Below, piece by piece: positions 1 to 11,330 of a stretch of 64,000 nucleotides of DNA. The notes beneath the pieces are model-generated. The model was not told the origin of the DNA, ran no database searches, and worked only from the letters and a program-made list of their open reading frames with translations. Numbering within the stretch: position 1 is the first letter of the stretch; each line of letters starts with the position of its first letter. The stretch spans positions 33,020,757 through 33,084,756 of the forward strand of contig NC_058134.1 in the NCBI RefSeq assembly GCF_016433145.1, in the 5' to 3' direction. The position numbers and the translations under genes are program-made. This DNA comes from Gracilinanus agilis. Its lineage: Eukaryota.

Positions 1-420
1 TTTCTTTCTTTCTTTCTTGTATATGCCTAAAATAGGATCTCTAGGTCCAAGGCCCTAGACAGTTTAATCTCACTTTTGTAGCATAATTCCAAATTGCTTT
101 TCTTTTTTCTTTCTTCTTCTTCTTTTTTTTTTGTTAAACCCTTAACTTCTGTGAATTAGCTCCTAGGTGGAAGAGTGGTAAGGGTGGGCAATGGGGGTCA
201 AGTGACTTGCCCAGAGTCACACAGCTGGGAAGTGTCTGCGGCCAGATTTGAACTCAGGACCTCCCATCTCTAGTCCTGACTCTCAATCCACTTAGATACT
301 CAGCTACCCCATCAAAATTGCTTTTCAAAAGAGTTAGTCAAATTTACATCTCAACCAGCAATACATTAAATGTGCCTGTCTTTTCACAGCCTTTCCAGCA
401 TTGACTATTTCTAACTGATT
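1..420 (-). mobile_element. Old LINE-1 fragment (ORF2 3' region), interrupted by a SINE
   Basis: 'ttccaaattgcttttc...tcaaccagcaatacattaaatgtgcctgtc' resembles the marsupial L1 antisense motif also seen at 1265-1330 and 32168-32200; the sequence resumes after the SINE. Confidence 0.55.
103..310 (-). mobile_element. SINE1_Mdo-type SINE
   Basis: Reverse complement of the ggggtagctg...ctcag tRNA-like head, CORE 'aagtgacttgcccagagtcacacagctgggaagtgtct', T-rich tail at 103-133. About 16-bp TSD (87-102 vs 311-326, core aaattgcttttc). Confidence 0.9.
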
Positions 421-572
421 TTGATGTGTATTTTTATTTTTATTAGAAAAATGAATGTAGTCTGTAATATATCATGTTATATGAATGTTAAGAGTTTTCG
501 ATTCTTCTGTTAAGAAATATTTCTAAAAAATAAAATTAAAAAAATTTTGAATTGCTTAACCATCCAGTGATT

Positions 573-3292
573 TCTCTTTTTTTTAATTTTATTTTTTAGA
601 AAAAATTTTTCCATGGTTACATGATTCATGTTCTTACTCTCCCCCCTTACGTCCTCCCCTCCCATAGCCGATGCACCTTTCCCAAAACCTTCATGTGTCA
701 TTTATCAAAACCTATTTCCATATTATTGATAATTACACTAGGATAGTCTAGAGTTTACATCCCAAATCATGTCCGCGTCAAACCATGTTTTCAAGCAGTT
801 GTTTTTCTTCTGTGTTTCCTCTCCTGTAGTTCTTCCTCTGAATGTGGGTAGTGTTCTTTTCCATAAATCCCTCAGAATTGTCCTGGGTCATTGCATTGCT
901 GCCAGTACAGACGTCTATTACATTCGATTTTACCACAGTGTACTGGTCTCCGTGTACAATGTTCTTCTGGCTCTGCTCCTTTCACTCTGCATCACTTCTT
1001 GGAGGTCTTTCCAGTTTACATGGAATTCCTCCAGTTCATTATTCCTTTGAGCCCAAAAGTATTCCATCACCAGCATATACCACAATTTGTTCAGCCATTC
1101 CCCAAATGAAGGACATACCCTCATTTTCCAGTTTTTTGCCACCACAAAAATCGTGGCTATAAATATTTTTGTACAAGTCTATTTATGATCTCTTTGGAGT
1201 ACAAACCCAGCAATGGTATGGCTGGATCAAAGGGCAGACAGTCTTTTAGTGCTCTTTCGGCATAGTTCCAAATTGCCATCCAGAATAGTTGAAGCAATTC
1301 ACAACTCCACCAGCAATGCATTAATGTCCCAATTTTGTCACATCCTCTGCAACATTCATTCCTCTCCCCTGCTATTTTTTAGCCAATCTGCTGGGTGTGA
1401 GGTGATACCTCAGAGTTGTTTTGATTTGCATTTCTCTAATTATTAGAGATTTAGAACATTTTCTCATGTGTTTATTGATATTTTTGATTTCTTTATCTGA
1501 AAATTGCCTGTTTATGTCCCTTGCCCATTTATTGATTGGGGAATGGCTTGATTTTTTTGTACAATTCACTTAGCTCCTTGTATATTTGAGTAATTAGCAC
1601 CTTTGTCAGAGTTTTTTGTTAGAAAGATTTTTTCCTAGGTTGTTGTTTTCTTTCTGATTTTGCTTGCATTGTTTTTGTTTCTACAAAACCTTTTTAATTT
1701 AATGTAATAAAAATTATTTATTTTACATTTTTAATTTTTTCTAATTCTTGCTTGGTTTTAAAATCTTTCCTTTCCCAGAGATCTGACAAATATACTATTT
1801 TGTGTTCACTTAGTTTACTTATAGTTTCCTTCTTTATATTCAAGTCATTCACCCATTCTGAATTTATCTTGGTGTAGAGTGTGAGATGTTGATCTAAACC
1901 TAATCTCTCCCATATTGTTTTCCAATTTTCCCAGCAGTTTTTGTCAAATAGTGCATTTTTGTTCCAAAAATTGGGTTCTTTGGGTTTATCATACACTGTC
2001 TTGCTGATGTCACTTACCCCAAGTCTATTCCACTGATCCCCCCCTTCTGTCTCTTAGTCAGTACCATATTGTTTTGATGACTGCTGCTTTATAGTATAGT
2101 TTAATATCTGGTATTGCTAGGCCACCTTCCTTCACATTTTTTTTTCATTATTTCCCTTGATATTCTTGATCTTTTGTTCTTCCAAATGAAATTTGTTATA
2201 GTTTTTTTCTAATTCATTAAAAATTTTTCTTGGTAGTTTGATAACTACGGCACTACATGAGTAAATTAATTTTGGTACAATGGTCATTTTTATTATGTTA
2301 GTTCATACTAACCATGAGAAATCAATGTTTTTCCAGTTGTTTAGATCAAGTTTTAATTGTTGGCAAGTGTTTTGTAGTTGTGTTTGTATAATTCCTTTGT
2401 TTTGGTAGATAGATTCCTAAGTATTTTATATTGTTTAGGATGATTTTAAAAGGTATTTCTCTTTCTAACTCTTGCTGCTGTGATGTGTCGGAAATATCTC
2501 TATATAAATGCTGATGATTTATGTGCATTTATTTTGCATCCTGCAACTTTGCTAAAGTTTGTGATTATTTCCAATTTTTAGTTGATTCTCTAGGATTTTT
2601 CTAACAAAAAACTCTGACAAAGGTCTGCAAAGAATGATAGCTTAGTCTCCTCATTGCTTATTTTAATACCTTCAATTTCTTTTTCTTCTCTAATTACTAC
2701 TGCTAGTGTTACTAGTACAATGTTAAATAATAGAGGTGATAATGGGCATCCTTGTTTCACTCCTGATCTTATTGGGAAGGCTTCTAATTTATCCCTATTG
2801 CATATGATGCTTGTTGATGGTTTTAGATATATACTGTTAATTGTTTTTAGGAAAGATCCTTCTATTCCTATACTTTCTAGTGTTTTCAATAGGAATGGAT
2901 GTTGTATTTTGTCAAAGGCTTTTTCAGCATCAATTGAGATAATCATGTGGTTTTTGTTGATTTGCTTGTTGATATGGTCAATTATGTGAATGGTTTTCCT
3001 TATGTTGAACCATCCTTGCATTCCTGGTGTAAATCCCACCTGATCTTAATGAATAACCCTCGTGATCACTTGTTGGTGTCTTTTTGCTAGTATTCTATTT
3101 AAGATTTTTGCATCTATGTTCATTAGGGAGATTGGTCTGTAGTTTTCTTTCTCTGTTTTTGGTCTGCCTGGCTTGGAATCAGTACTATAGTAGTGTCATA
3201 AAAAGAATTTGGTCGAACTCCTTCTTTGCTTATTATGTCAAATAATTTGTATAGTATTAAGATTAGTTGTTCTTTGAATGTTTGGTAGAATT
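573..3292 (-). mobile_element. 5'-truncated LINE-1 (L1_Mdo-type): 3' UTR plus distal ORF2
   Basis: T-tail at ~574-600. ORF2 peptides: [23 protein letters not shown] (2590-3039), KNALFDKNCWENW (1718-1996), [14 protein letters not shown]-like (1372-1569). Many stops and frameshifts. Confidence 0.95.
2590..3039 (-). pseudogene. L1 ORF2 reverse-transcriptase domain remnant
   Basis: [23 protein letters not shown]...[13 protein letters not shown]...[16 protein letters not shown] are canonical L1 RT motifs; the frame ends at a disrupted FADD motif. Confidence 0.9.
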
Positions 3293-3639
3293 ATTTGAAT
3301 AAAATTTTAATAGAATTGATTTCTTAACAGCTAAGAAAAATGGTCTTTTGATGGTGATACTCATTCTATTTGAACATACTGGGTCTTACATTACCAGATA
3401 AGACCACTCTCTTTTCTTTCGCCTTCTGTAATGCTGTCCTTTCCTAGTTCTACTATTGTTCCTTCTTACACTTCTGCTAGATCACCTCCAACTCCCATCT
3501 AGGATAAAACAGTGAAAGAGATCTCAAAGTTAGATAAGCCAAGCTCTCTGTTAAACAGAACTTTAAAGTCTCTTGTTGAGATATAACTTTGCACAAATGC
3601 AATTCTAAAAGTAAATAATCCATTGTTTCTCTTTATATT

Positions 3640-3830
3640 TTGCTTCTATTTCTACATACTTTCCCTTGGCACTTGCCTCAATGCCCATCAGTTTGAATAC
3701 TGTCTTTCTACAGACACCTCCCAAATGTGTATATCCAACCCTAATCTTTCTGAACTTCAGTCCTGCACCATTAACTTACATTTCCACTTAGATGCCCCAT
3801 AAGTGTCCATCAAGCCCAAGGCTCTATGGA
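3640..3830 (+). mobile_element. L2 LINE fragment
   Basis: 'cagacacctcccaaatgtgtatatccaaccctaatctttctgaacttcagtcc...tttccacttagatgcc' matches the recalled L2 RT-region consensus. Confidence 0.65.
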
Positions 3831-4212
3831 ATTAATTGGACTTTGAGAATACCCCAAGAGAAAAGCTATAGTTGAGTTTTTCTCTTGGTTTGCCTTCCAA
3901 AGATTGTGTAAATAGTGTATAGGCTCGGAATGGATGGTACTATTCGCTTTTTGGCCAGATCTCATCTCAGTGGCATTGGCAGCTATGAGATGGAGGGTAG
4001 AAAATCTGATCAATATCTCAATCAACAATCTGAATGCATCTTATACTTCTGGTTCTTCCTCCTGAACTCACCCCTCCTACAAACTCCTCTGCTTCTTTTG
4101 AGAGCTTTCACAGACCCAGATCCAAGAATCTAGAGACCTGACTGCATTATGGCATAGTGAATACAGTATTATACTTGGACTTAAATCAACACCAGATACT
4201 TATTAGCTAGAG

Positions 4213-4428
4213 CAGTGATGGTGAACCTTTTAGAGACCAATTGCCCAAACTGAAAACCTCATGCCCCATAGGGATCCCCTGCCTTATTCCAGGCAGGGGA
4301 GGGAGGAAGCACTCCCATGGGACTGCTGGGCAGAGGGGCAGGTGATGGGAAAAATGTCCTCAGGTGTACATGAAAGGAGAAAGGGAGCAGCCCCTTCCCA
4401 CATACGTGCCTTAGATTTGCCAACACAG
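4213..4428. mobile_element. hAT (Charlie/OposCharlie1-like) non-autonomous MITE
   Basis: Termini cagtgatggtgaacct ... agatttgccaacacag. 8-bp TSD agctagag (4205-4212) / agctaggg (4429-4436). Same family as 53628-53829, opposite orientation. Confidence 0.85.
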
Positions 4429-4464
4429 AGCTAGGGCTTCTAGACAGAACAGTAGTTCTCTTAG

Positions 4465-4730
4465 GTAGATCAATAGGGCTCTCAGGGCTTGAGTTTACTT
4501 ATCTGAAAAATGGGGATAATTAGAGCACATACTTACTTCACAAAGTTCTTTTGCATTGTGCCTGGGTATTGTAATGTAGAGGATGGCAGGATGGAATTCC
4601 TATAAAATACAGGGTCAAGCCTCACCCAGAATTCCAGGGAGGCTTAACCCTGTATTTTGCAGGAATTCCATCCTGCCATACTCTACATTACAGTATCAAA
4701 TGAGATAAAGCTGCACAATGTAAATTTCCT
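4465..4730 (+). mobile_element. MIR/CORE-SINE split by a palindromic insertion
   Basis: 'ttatctgaaaaatggggataat...cttcacaaagtt' then, after the insert, 'atcaaatgagataa', which is the MIR 3' half. Confidence 0.7.
4569..4693. mobile_element. Fully palindromic ~125-bp MITE-like element flanked by TA
   Basis: The arms are reverse complements over ~58 bp with about 5 mismatches; TA dinucleotides at 4567-4568 and 4694-4695. Confidence 0.7.
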
Positions 4731-5048
4731 CTATCATTATCTCTAACTCTTCTTTATCTCTCATTTGCCATCTGAAATCAGTTGCCAAAATCTTATTTAT
4801 TTCATCTCCTGGATATCTCTGGAATATGGCCATATCTCTTCTATTACCATCACACCAGTCTAGAGCCTCACATATATCTACTAGATTATTTCAGTAGCTT
4901 ACTAATTGGTCACTGTGCCTGACTTTTCCTGGACAAGAGGTCAAAGTAGTGTTCCTAAAACAGAAGAATCAGTGTGACATAGTATTTGAAGACTAGCCTC
5001 ATACTCTAAAGATGTGGATTTGAGTGGTGCTTTGGACACATTTCCTTA

Positions 5049-5281
5049 GAAATAAAGGAAGGAAGGAAGGAAGGAAAGAAGGAAGGAAGAGAGGAAGGAA
5101 GGAAGGAAGGAAGGAAAGAAGGAAGGAAGAGAGGAAGAAAGCAAGGAAGGAAGAAAGTAAGGAATGAAGGAAGGGAGGAAGGAAGGGAGGGAGGAATGAA
5201 GGGAAGGAAAGAAGGAGGAGAGAAGAGAAGGAAGGGAAGGAGGGAGGAACAAAAAAAAGGAAGAAAGGGAAGAGAGGGAGT
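5049..5281. repeat. Degenerate (GGAA)n purine-rich microsatellite
   Basis: Direct reading; it explains the low-complexity ORFs 5006-5380 and 5046-5252. Confidence 0.95.
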
Positions 5282-5559
5282 AAAGAATAAATGAAGTTCA
5301 GTGACTGTCTCTGAGGTAGAGATTTTTAACTTGAACACTGTGAACTTGTTTAAAAACATCTTAATAATGATGTATTGCAATATAGATTGAGTTTCTTTGT
5401 GGTTCTATATGTTTAATTTGTACATTTTAAAATTATTACTCTAAGAAGTGTCCTATAACCTTTACTGGATTTTCAATTGGGACCATGACCTGTCTACAAC
5501 CTAAAAAAAATGTTAATGATCTGTGTTCTATTGTAAAAGAAATCCCTCTGTAATATGGC

Positions 5560-5950
5560 CAACTCCTACTTTTTAAAAATTTTATTTCATATTATTCCTT
5601 TTCCTATATTTTTCTTTCATCCAACCAGCCTATTAACACTCCCTGAACTCCACATGTCATCTTCAGGGATATCCCCTGCCTTGAATCCCCACCCTGGTCT
5701 CATCTGCATTTCTTAGAATCCTTAGCTTCCTTCAGATCTCACTAAAGGGACCACCTCTTAGAAGCTTTTTTGAATTGCTCTGTTGTTAAACCTTCTGGCT
5801 CCTGATGCTATTTTATGTTTACTATTCTGTCACTTGAATCTGTCTAATAGAGGGCAAAGACAACTGTTGTAGTTATTTGGTTTTTTTTTATTTTTATCTT
5901 TGTATTACCAGCTAACAGAGTCTCTTCTACATAGGTATTAGGTAATTAAT
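5560..5950 (+). mobile_element. L2 3' end fragment
   Basis: 'ccttgaatccccaccc...ccttagcttccttcagatctcac...ggcaaagacaactg...tatctttgtattaccagc' resembles the L2 3' end. Confidence 0.55.
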
Positions 5951-8820
5951 TGGTGAATTGAACTGAATCAATGGTTAGTTACCTAGTTCTTCTTACATTT
6001 AGTTTTTGTGTCCAGTCCAATTTCTGTTCCATTTTCCCTTTTCCTCTCTCAGTTCCTTTTCTCACCTTGGCATGTTTTAATTTGCTGACAATTCAAGGTT
6101 GTTGAAAGGACAATTATAAATCTTTCTGCTCTGTCTAGATAATGGCTTTTTGGAATCAGTTGTGCTATGAAAACCTATGAAGGGGGCCAGCCATATTTGA
6201 GTTTTGCTCCTTGTTTGTCTTCTTGAGACTGTGTGAACAATGACTATAAAATGGTGAAAGGCTGTGAATGAACATGATGTTATTATGCTTTCTTGGCTGA
6301 GGTCTTAGCAGAGATCAGTCCTGGTTTATTCAATAACCAATTTGGCTTTTTGCATCATTTTTAATTTAATCTTTTTGCCTAGAAGGAATTGGATGGGGAT
6401 GAGCATGGATGGGGTTGATAACATCCCCAGATGTGGCATCAAACTGTTAGAGGAATCTTGGATTTAGAGTCTAAGTACCTGTTGAAAATTTGTGTTTTGA
6501 TTACCAATGTGATCATTAGGAAAGATCACTTTATCTCCTTTTCTGAAAAAATGGGGGTCAGATTAGACAATGTTTGTCATCCTTCCTTTCCAGTTCTAGC
6601 TTTCTGATCCAATAAATTTTAACTGAGATTGACTCCATAATTGCAAACTTCTGATCATTTCCACAGCTAAACTTGTTGGTAATGGGATGGCTAACTTCAT
6701 GCAATGTTTCTGTGACTTGAAGGTATATTTTTTATTGCCAGGTCATCTGAGATTTTAGTCATCTACCCAGTAGGATGAATAATTTGTGAGAGAAGTAAAC
6801 CAAAATCAATTTGGTGGCTATGTAGTGCAGGTTTTAAATCCACAACTCTATAGAATATTGGAATTTTTCCCCTCCTCCAATTTTAAAAGAAATATCAGAA
6901 CATGATTTTTTCTATAGAGGACCTTACTCTTATTTTAATCTCTCTTTGCTTTGAACTGGCCACCTCTGTGGGCCATATCAATATCATTCAGTTTCTAGCT
7001 GTGAATAAAGAAAAGCTTTAGTCATATAGCTTTCTACCCATTTTCCCTTATAACATCCTTTTTGAAATTCCAAGGCTATAAAAGACTTTGGAAATCATTT
7101 TGTTCAACCTCTTCATTTTAGAAGGGAGTAGAGTGAGGTCACATTGGGAAACATTTTTCTTCTAAAACTAAAATGGTCCTTCTCTTCCCTTGGTAGAATT
7201 AAATTCAAGGGCAAGCTTAGCTTCGGGTTCTGTTTGGTGATAGCAAGAGGGAGAAGCAAGTTAAGGTTAATTCCTCTGTCTTAATGCAACCACTTTTCAT
7301 CCTCTCCCTTTCTTCTTATCCTATTCCATCTAACTTCCTGGACTGATGATTCAAAACTTGGCTAGTAGTGAAGTGAAACAGCAATGATTCAACAGGTTTG
7401 GCCATGGGGTTAGGGAATAGGATAATACCAATTGCACATTGGAATGAATTTTCAGTTTTTTTTCAAGACTATGAAGAACAAGCAGCTGAGCTTTCCCCAT
7501 GGTGTCACTGTCTCTTCTTGAATTTCCATCCTAGATTAAAGACCTTTGGCCATGGGGCCAAGTTGCATATTCAAGGATTCATTATTTATGTATAAATATC
7601 ATCAGCTTCCCTTCCCTGGAATTTAGGCTGCAGATCTATAGCACTAAGTTCAAAGAACCATGTTATTTCATTGTGAAATTACTTCCCCAGCCTCCCAGCT
7701 GTACTTTTAGGTCCTTTCACCATTAGACATGTTGCAAACCCAAAGGTTAATTATTTACTTATGAATATTATATTCTTCCTCCCAACCCCAGCTGCAAAGT
7801 TATTACCCTCAGATGTCTTAATTACTCTGTGATTTCCTATATATCAGTACTGAAAGCCCAGCTGCATCAAGATCTCCTGTTATTCTTGGACACTCTGGAG
7901 TTGGCCCATGTCTGTAGTAGTTCTGGCTTTAGACTGATTTGAACAGCTGGTCAAGTAAATCTGACATAGTTTCTGTTGCCATGCTAAGGTCCAGGAGCTG
8001 AGATTTCTTTCTTGGGTTTCATCTTGGGAGTCATGTTGAATTCTCAGGGAAAATCTCAAGTTTTCATGGCAAGTCCTGGCAGTTGAGGGAGACCATTGGA
8101 TAAAGGGGGCGAACCTTGGAAGACAGAAATCTTTTTACTCCAATTTTGATTCACAGTGTCACTTACTATAGAACCCAGAGAGGAAGCAGAAAAATTGGGG
8201 GATCTTTCAATGATCAAGTCAACTTGTAGACGTTCTCCATAAAAGAAGGACTAGCCTTTGACAGTTGACTTCTTAAAAGTTCACAAATAAGTGAAAGGTG
8301 GCTCTGGTGAGGTCTAAAAAACAAACCAAGAAATTTCTGTCAACTTAGCTTTCCCTCCTATTGGTCCCGCCAGCAAAAGAAAGCATTCAGACTCTCACTT
8401 AAGTTAGGAAGTAGAAATAGGCCAGCGGATCACAGTAAATATAACTCCAAAGAAAAGGGCTAATTTGAAAGGCTTTATTTATTCTTTTTTCTTTTAAAAG
8501 GAGATCAAGGTATTTTAGGCAAGTGAACAGCCGCCTGGCCTCTCTGTCGTAGATGGTCCTGCTCATGTGCTGCACCCGTGGATGTGACTCATCCCAAGTC
8601 AACTCTCTTATAAGCACTTTCCAACCTCCGAAACCCTATCATGTCTTCTTAACTTCCATTATGGCATGGATACAGGCTGTGGGGAAATGTGTAAAAAGAG
8701 TCTTAAAAATGTTTGGAGTTTCAGAAAAGTAAAATTCACACTTTACAGCAGAGGCAGTTAATTGTTCCAAGTTTGAAACCAAATAGTTTATAAGACTCTT
8801 TAAAACATTTTTTTAAAAGA

Positions 8821-8987
8821 AAAAGGATGTTCAATGACACATGTTAAAACTAGTGGAAATGCGCATTGGCTATGGGGGTGGGGGAGTCAGAGGGTGAAGG
8901 GGAAAGTAAGAGCATGAATCATGTATGTTAACTTTTCTAAAAAATAAAAATTATTAAATTAAAAAAAAGAAAAAGAAAAAGAATGTA
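8821..8987 (+). mobile_element. Short L1_Mdo-type 3' end with A-tail
   Basis: Reverse complement of the L1 3' UTR at 600-710 (catgaatcatgta, ggctatggg); A-rich tail at 8935-8980. Confidence 0.8.
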
Positions 8988-9059
8988 GAGGAGGGTTAGA
9001 ACATAGTCAAGTTAGCATGGGCCTCAAATTATCCAAGACATGTTCCTGAAGAATTTTGT

Positions 9060-9260
9060 TTATATTAGTTCTGTTTCCGTTTCTGTTACTAATATATAAT
9101 ACAATATATTTCTATTACTTATATATAATATAACATAACATAATATAGTACTTATATACAATACAATATATATAACATATGTATTATATGTTGGTTATAC
9201 ACATAATATAATGTATTCTATAAATATATACTATATAAATATTATTTATATTTATTTGAC
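9060..9260. repeat. TA-rich low-complexity tract
   Basis: Direct reading. Confidence 0.85.
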
Positions 9261-9458
9261 ATCTAACAATAGAAGAATAACATTCTTTCTAGCCACATGA
9301 CTCTGGAGAAGTCATCTAATCCTATTTGTCTCAGTTCCTCATTCATAAAGTGACTAAGAGAAGGAAAAGGAAAACAAATCTAGAATCCTTGCCCAGAAAA
9401 CCCTAAATGGGGTCACAAAGAACTGGACATGACTGAAATAAAAGAACCACAAATTTTT

Positions 9459-9470
9459 GTGTGTATGTGT

Positions 9471-9512
<42 letters not shown>
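9459..9512. repeat. (TG)n microsatellite (second copy at 12480-12529)
   Basis: Direct reading. Confidence 0.95.
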
Positions 9513-9519
<7 letters not shown>

Positions 9520-10484
9520 ATTGAATTTATAATGTAAAAGAATACTTTTGATTATTATGGTAAGTTTAAATTGTGTTTGTATGTGCATGAATGCTATAGG
9601 GGGCATCTGTGATTCATTGATATGAAAAACTATTGATATGGAAAATCCCTTCATGGATTTATCTTTAATTTGTAGCCTTAGAGAGCTCCTTGGAATACAG
9701 AGGGGTTAAGTGATTTTGCTGTAGTCTCATAGCTATTGTTTCAAGCCTATCACCAAGACTTTTCCTCTGCCTACCATACTACTGTCTTTCACAATCATGG
9801 TGCCATTTTTATATGAGAATCCTTTATATGAAAATTAATTTATTTTTAAATTGACATTTAATTTTATGTTAAAAATCCTTATAATATCTAAATTTATTTA
9901 TATATGTGAAAAAAAGATTAGATTGAGCTCAGAATTCCAAAACAGTGTTGAGAATATTCAAGACTGTTAGAGAGAAGATGGGCACAAAGGAAAAACCCCT
10001 CGGTAGTCTTGTCACAACATTGGTGTGTCTGAGCTCTTAGCTCTAAAGTAAAAATGAGATTTTTACAGATATTGACAATCTGGTGGATGAAGTGAAAAAG
10101 AAAGTGGCACTCAAGGTTTAGAACACTTGGAACTGGCCAAAAAGAGACTCATAGGATGGGAAGGAGGGGTTGAGCTTCAAGGTCTGGGTGTCTAACTGTT
10201 GCTACATTAACTTTCTTAAGAAAATCCATTCTATTGAATAAATGATATCAAATGTGGATGTTCAGAATAGTGATCTTCCTGCTCTCATGAGTTCATGAGT
10301 AAGTAAGCTGTTGTAAGCTCTCAGAAGCAATTCTTGGGTAGACTTAGCAGAGGAAATTTGCTTTCTCCATTCCTGCCCCCTTCTTTATGATAGTGATTGT
10401 TTGCTCTTTATTTTTGTATCCCCAGTGGCCATCACAATGATTAGAACAGAGTGGTGGTTGTTAATCAGTCATGTCTGAAAGGTT

Positions 10485-10675
10485 TTAATTCTATTTGGGC
10501 TTTTCTTGAGAAAGATACTGGAGCAATTCACCATTTCATTTGAGATGGAGGAAACTGAGGCAAACAGGGTGAAGCGAGTTTCCCAGGGTCGCCTAACTAG
10601 TAAGTGTCTGAGGCTGGATTTGAACTCAGGTTTTCCTAACTCTGTGCTTTATCCTCTGTACCACCTCGCTGCCCA
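10485..10675 (-). mobile_element. Mar1-type CORE-SINE (duplicate copy at ~13502-13692)
   Basis: 'agatactggagcaattcaccatttc...gaggaaactgaggcaaacagggt...gtgtctgaggctggatttgaactcagg...ccacctcgctgccc'. Confidence 0.8.
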
Positions 10676-11330
10676 GAGAATGGTAGAGGTTTTAATACAG
10701 GCTTGATGACTGATTCATCTACACGAATGGATGGGTTGGGGAATCTCTGGTCATCTAACCCAGGGGAATGTTGACATTATTAGTATTAATTTGTCTGGTA
10801 CCAAAGTGATGTTAGAACACATAACTTCATTAGGAAGGCAAGAGTTCTAATTTTGTCTTGGAAACTTACTGTATGATTTGGGGCTGATGATATAATTCTC
10901 TGTTTCCTCATCTGTAAAATGGAAATAACGAAAGCACTTCCCTCAAAGGATTGTTGTAGGCTGATTAATAATACATGATGTGCTTTGAGAAGTTAAAGCC
11001 TTACATAAATAATCGCTATTATGTTTCTTAGTGACAATAACAAAAAATTTTGACTCAGCTGGTTCTTTTAAAAAACAAAAAAAACAAATGAATTATTTGT
11101 CACTTCAATCCAAACTATCACTCAAGTTACCATGTGTAGACAGTGTCAGTCCCATTGTCTGCTGGATCAAAGAGTGACAACCAACAGCTCTGCTCTAAAG
11201 CAGAACATGGGTGCTGGACTGGCCTCCAACATCCTTTTCTCATTTTATCTTCATAGGCTTATGTTCTTTTTGGGGGGAAGTGGGGCAGATTTCTCCTCTT
11301 CTCCTTATAGTTTAGGGGCCATTCCTACAG

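Noticed and set aside
2654-2989. 111-aa plus-strand ORF (also 769-1162 and 25723-25998)
   Set aside because: Antisense open frames of L1 sequence, not genes.
5006-5380. Ser/Leu/Pro/Phe-rich ORFs
   Set aside because: Translation of the (GGAA)n repeat.
7880-8166. 77-codon minus-strand open frame after a putative 52-nt intron
   Set aside because: The intron is too short for typical mammalian splicing, and the peptide has no recognisable homology.
8152-8190. CACAGTG heptamer
   Set aside because: No nonamer at a 12- or 23-bp spacer.
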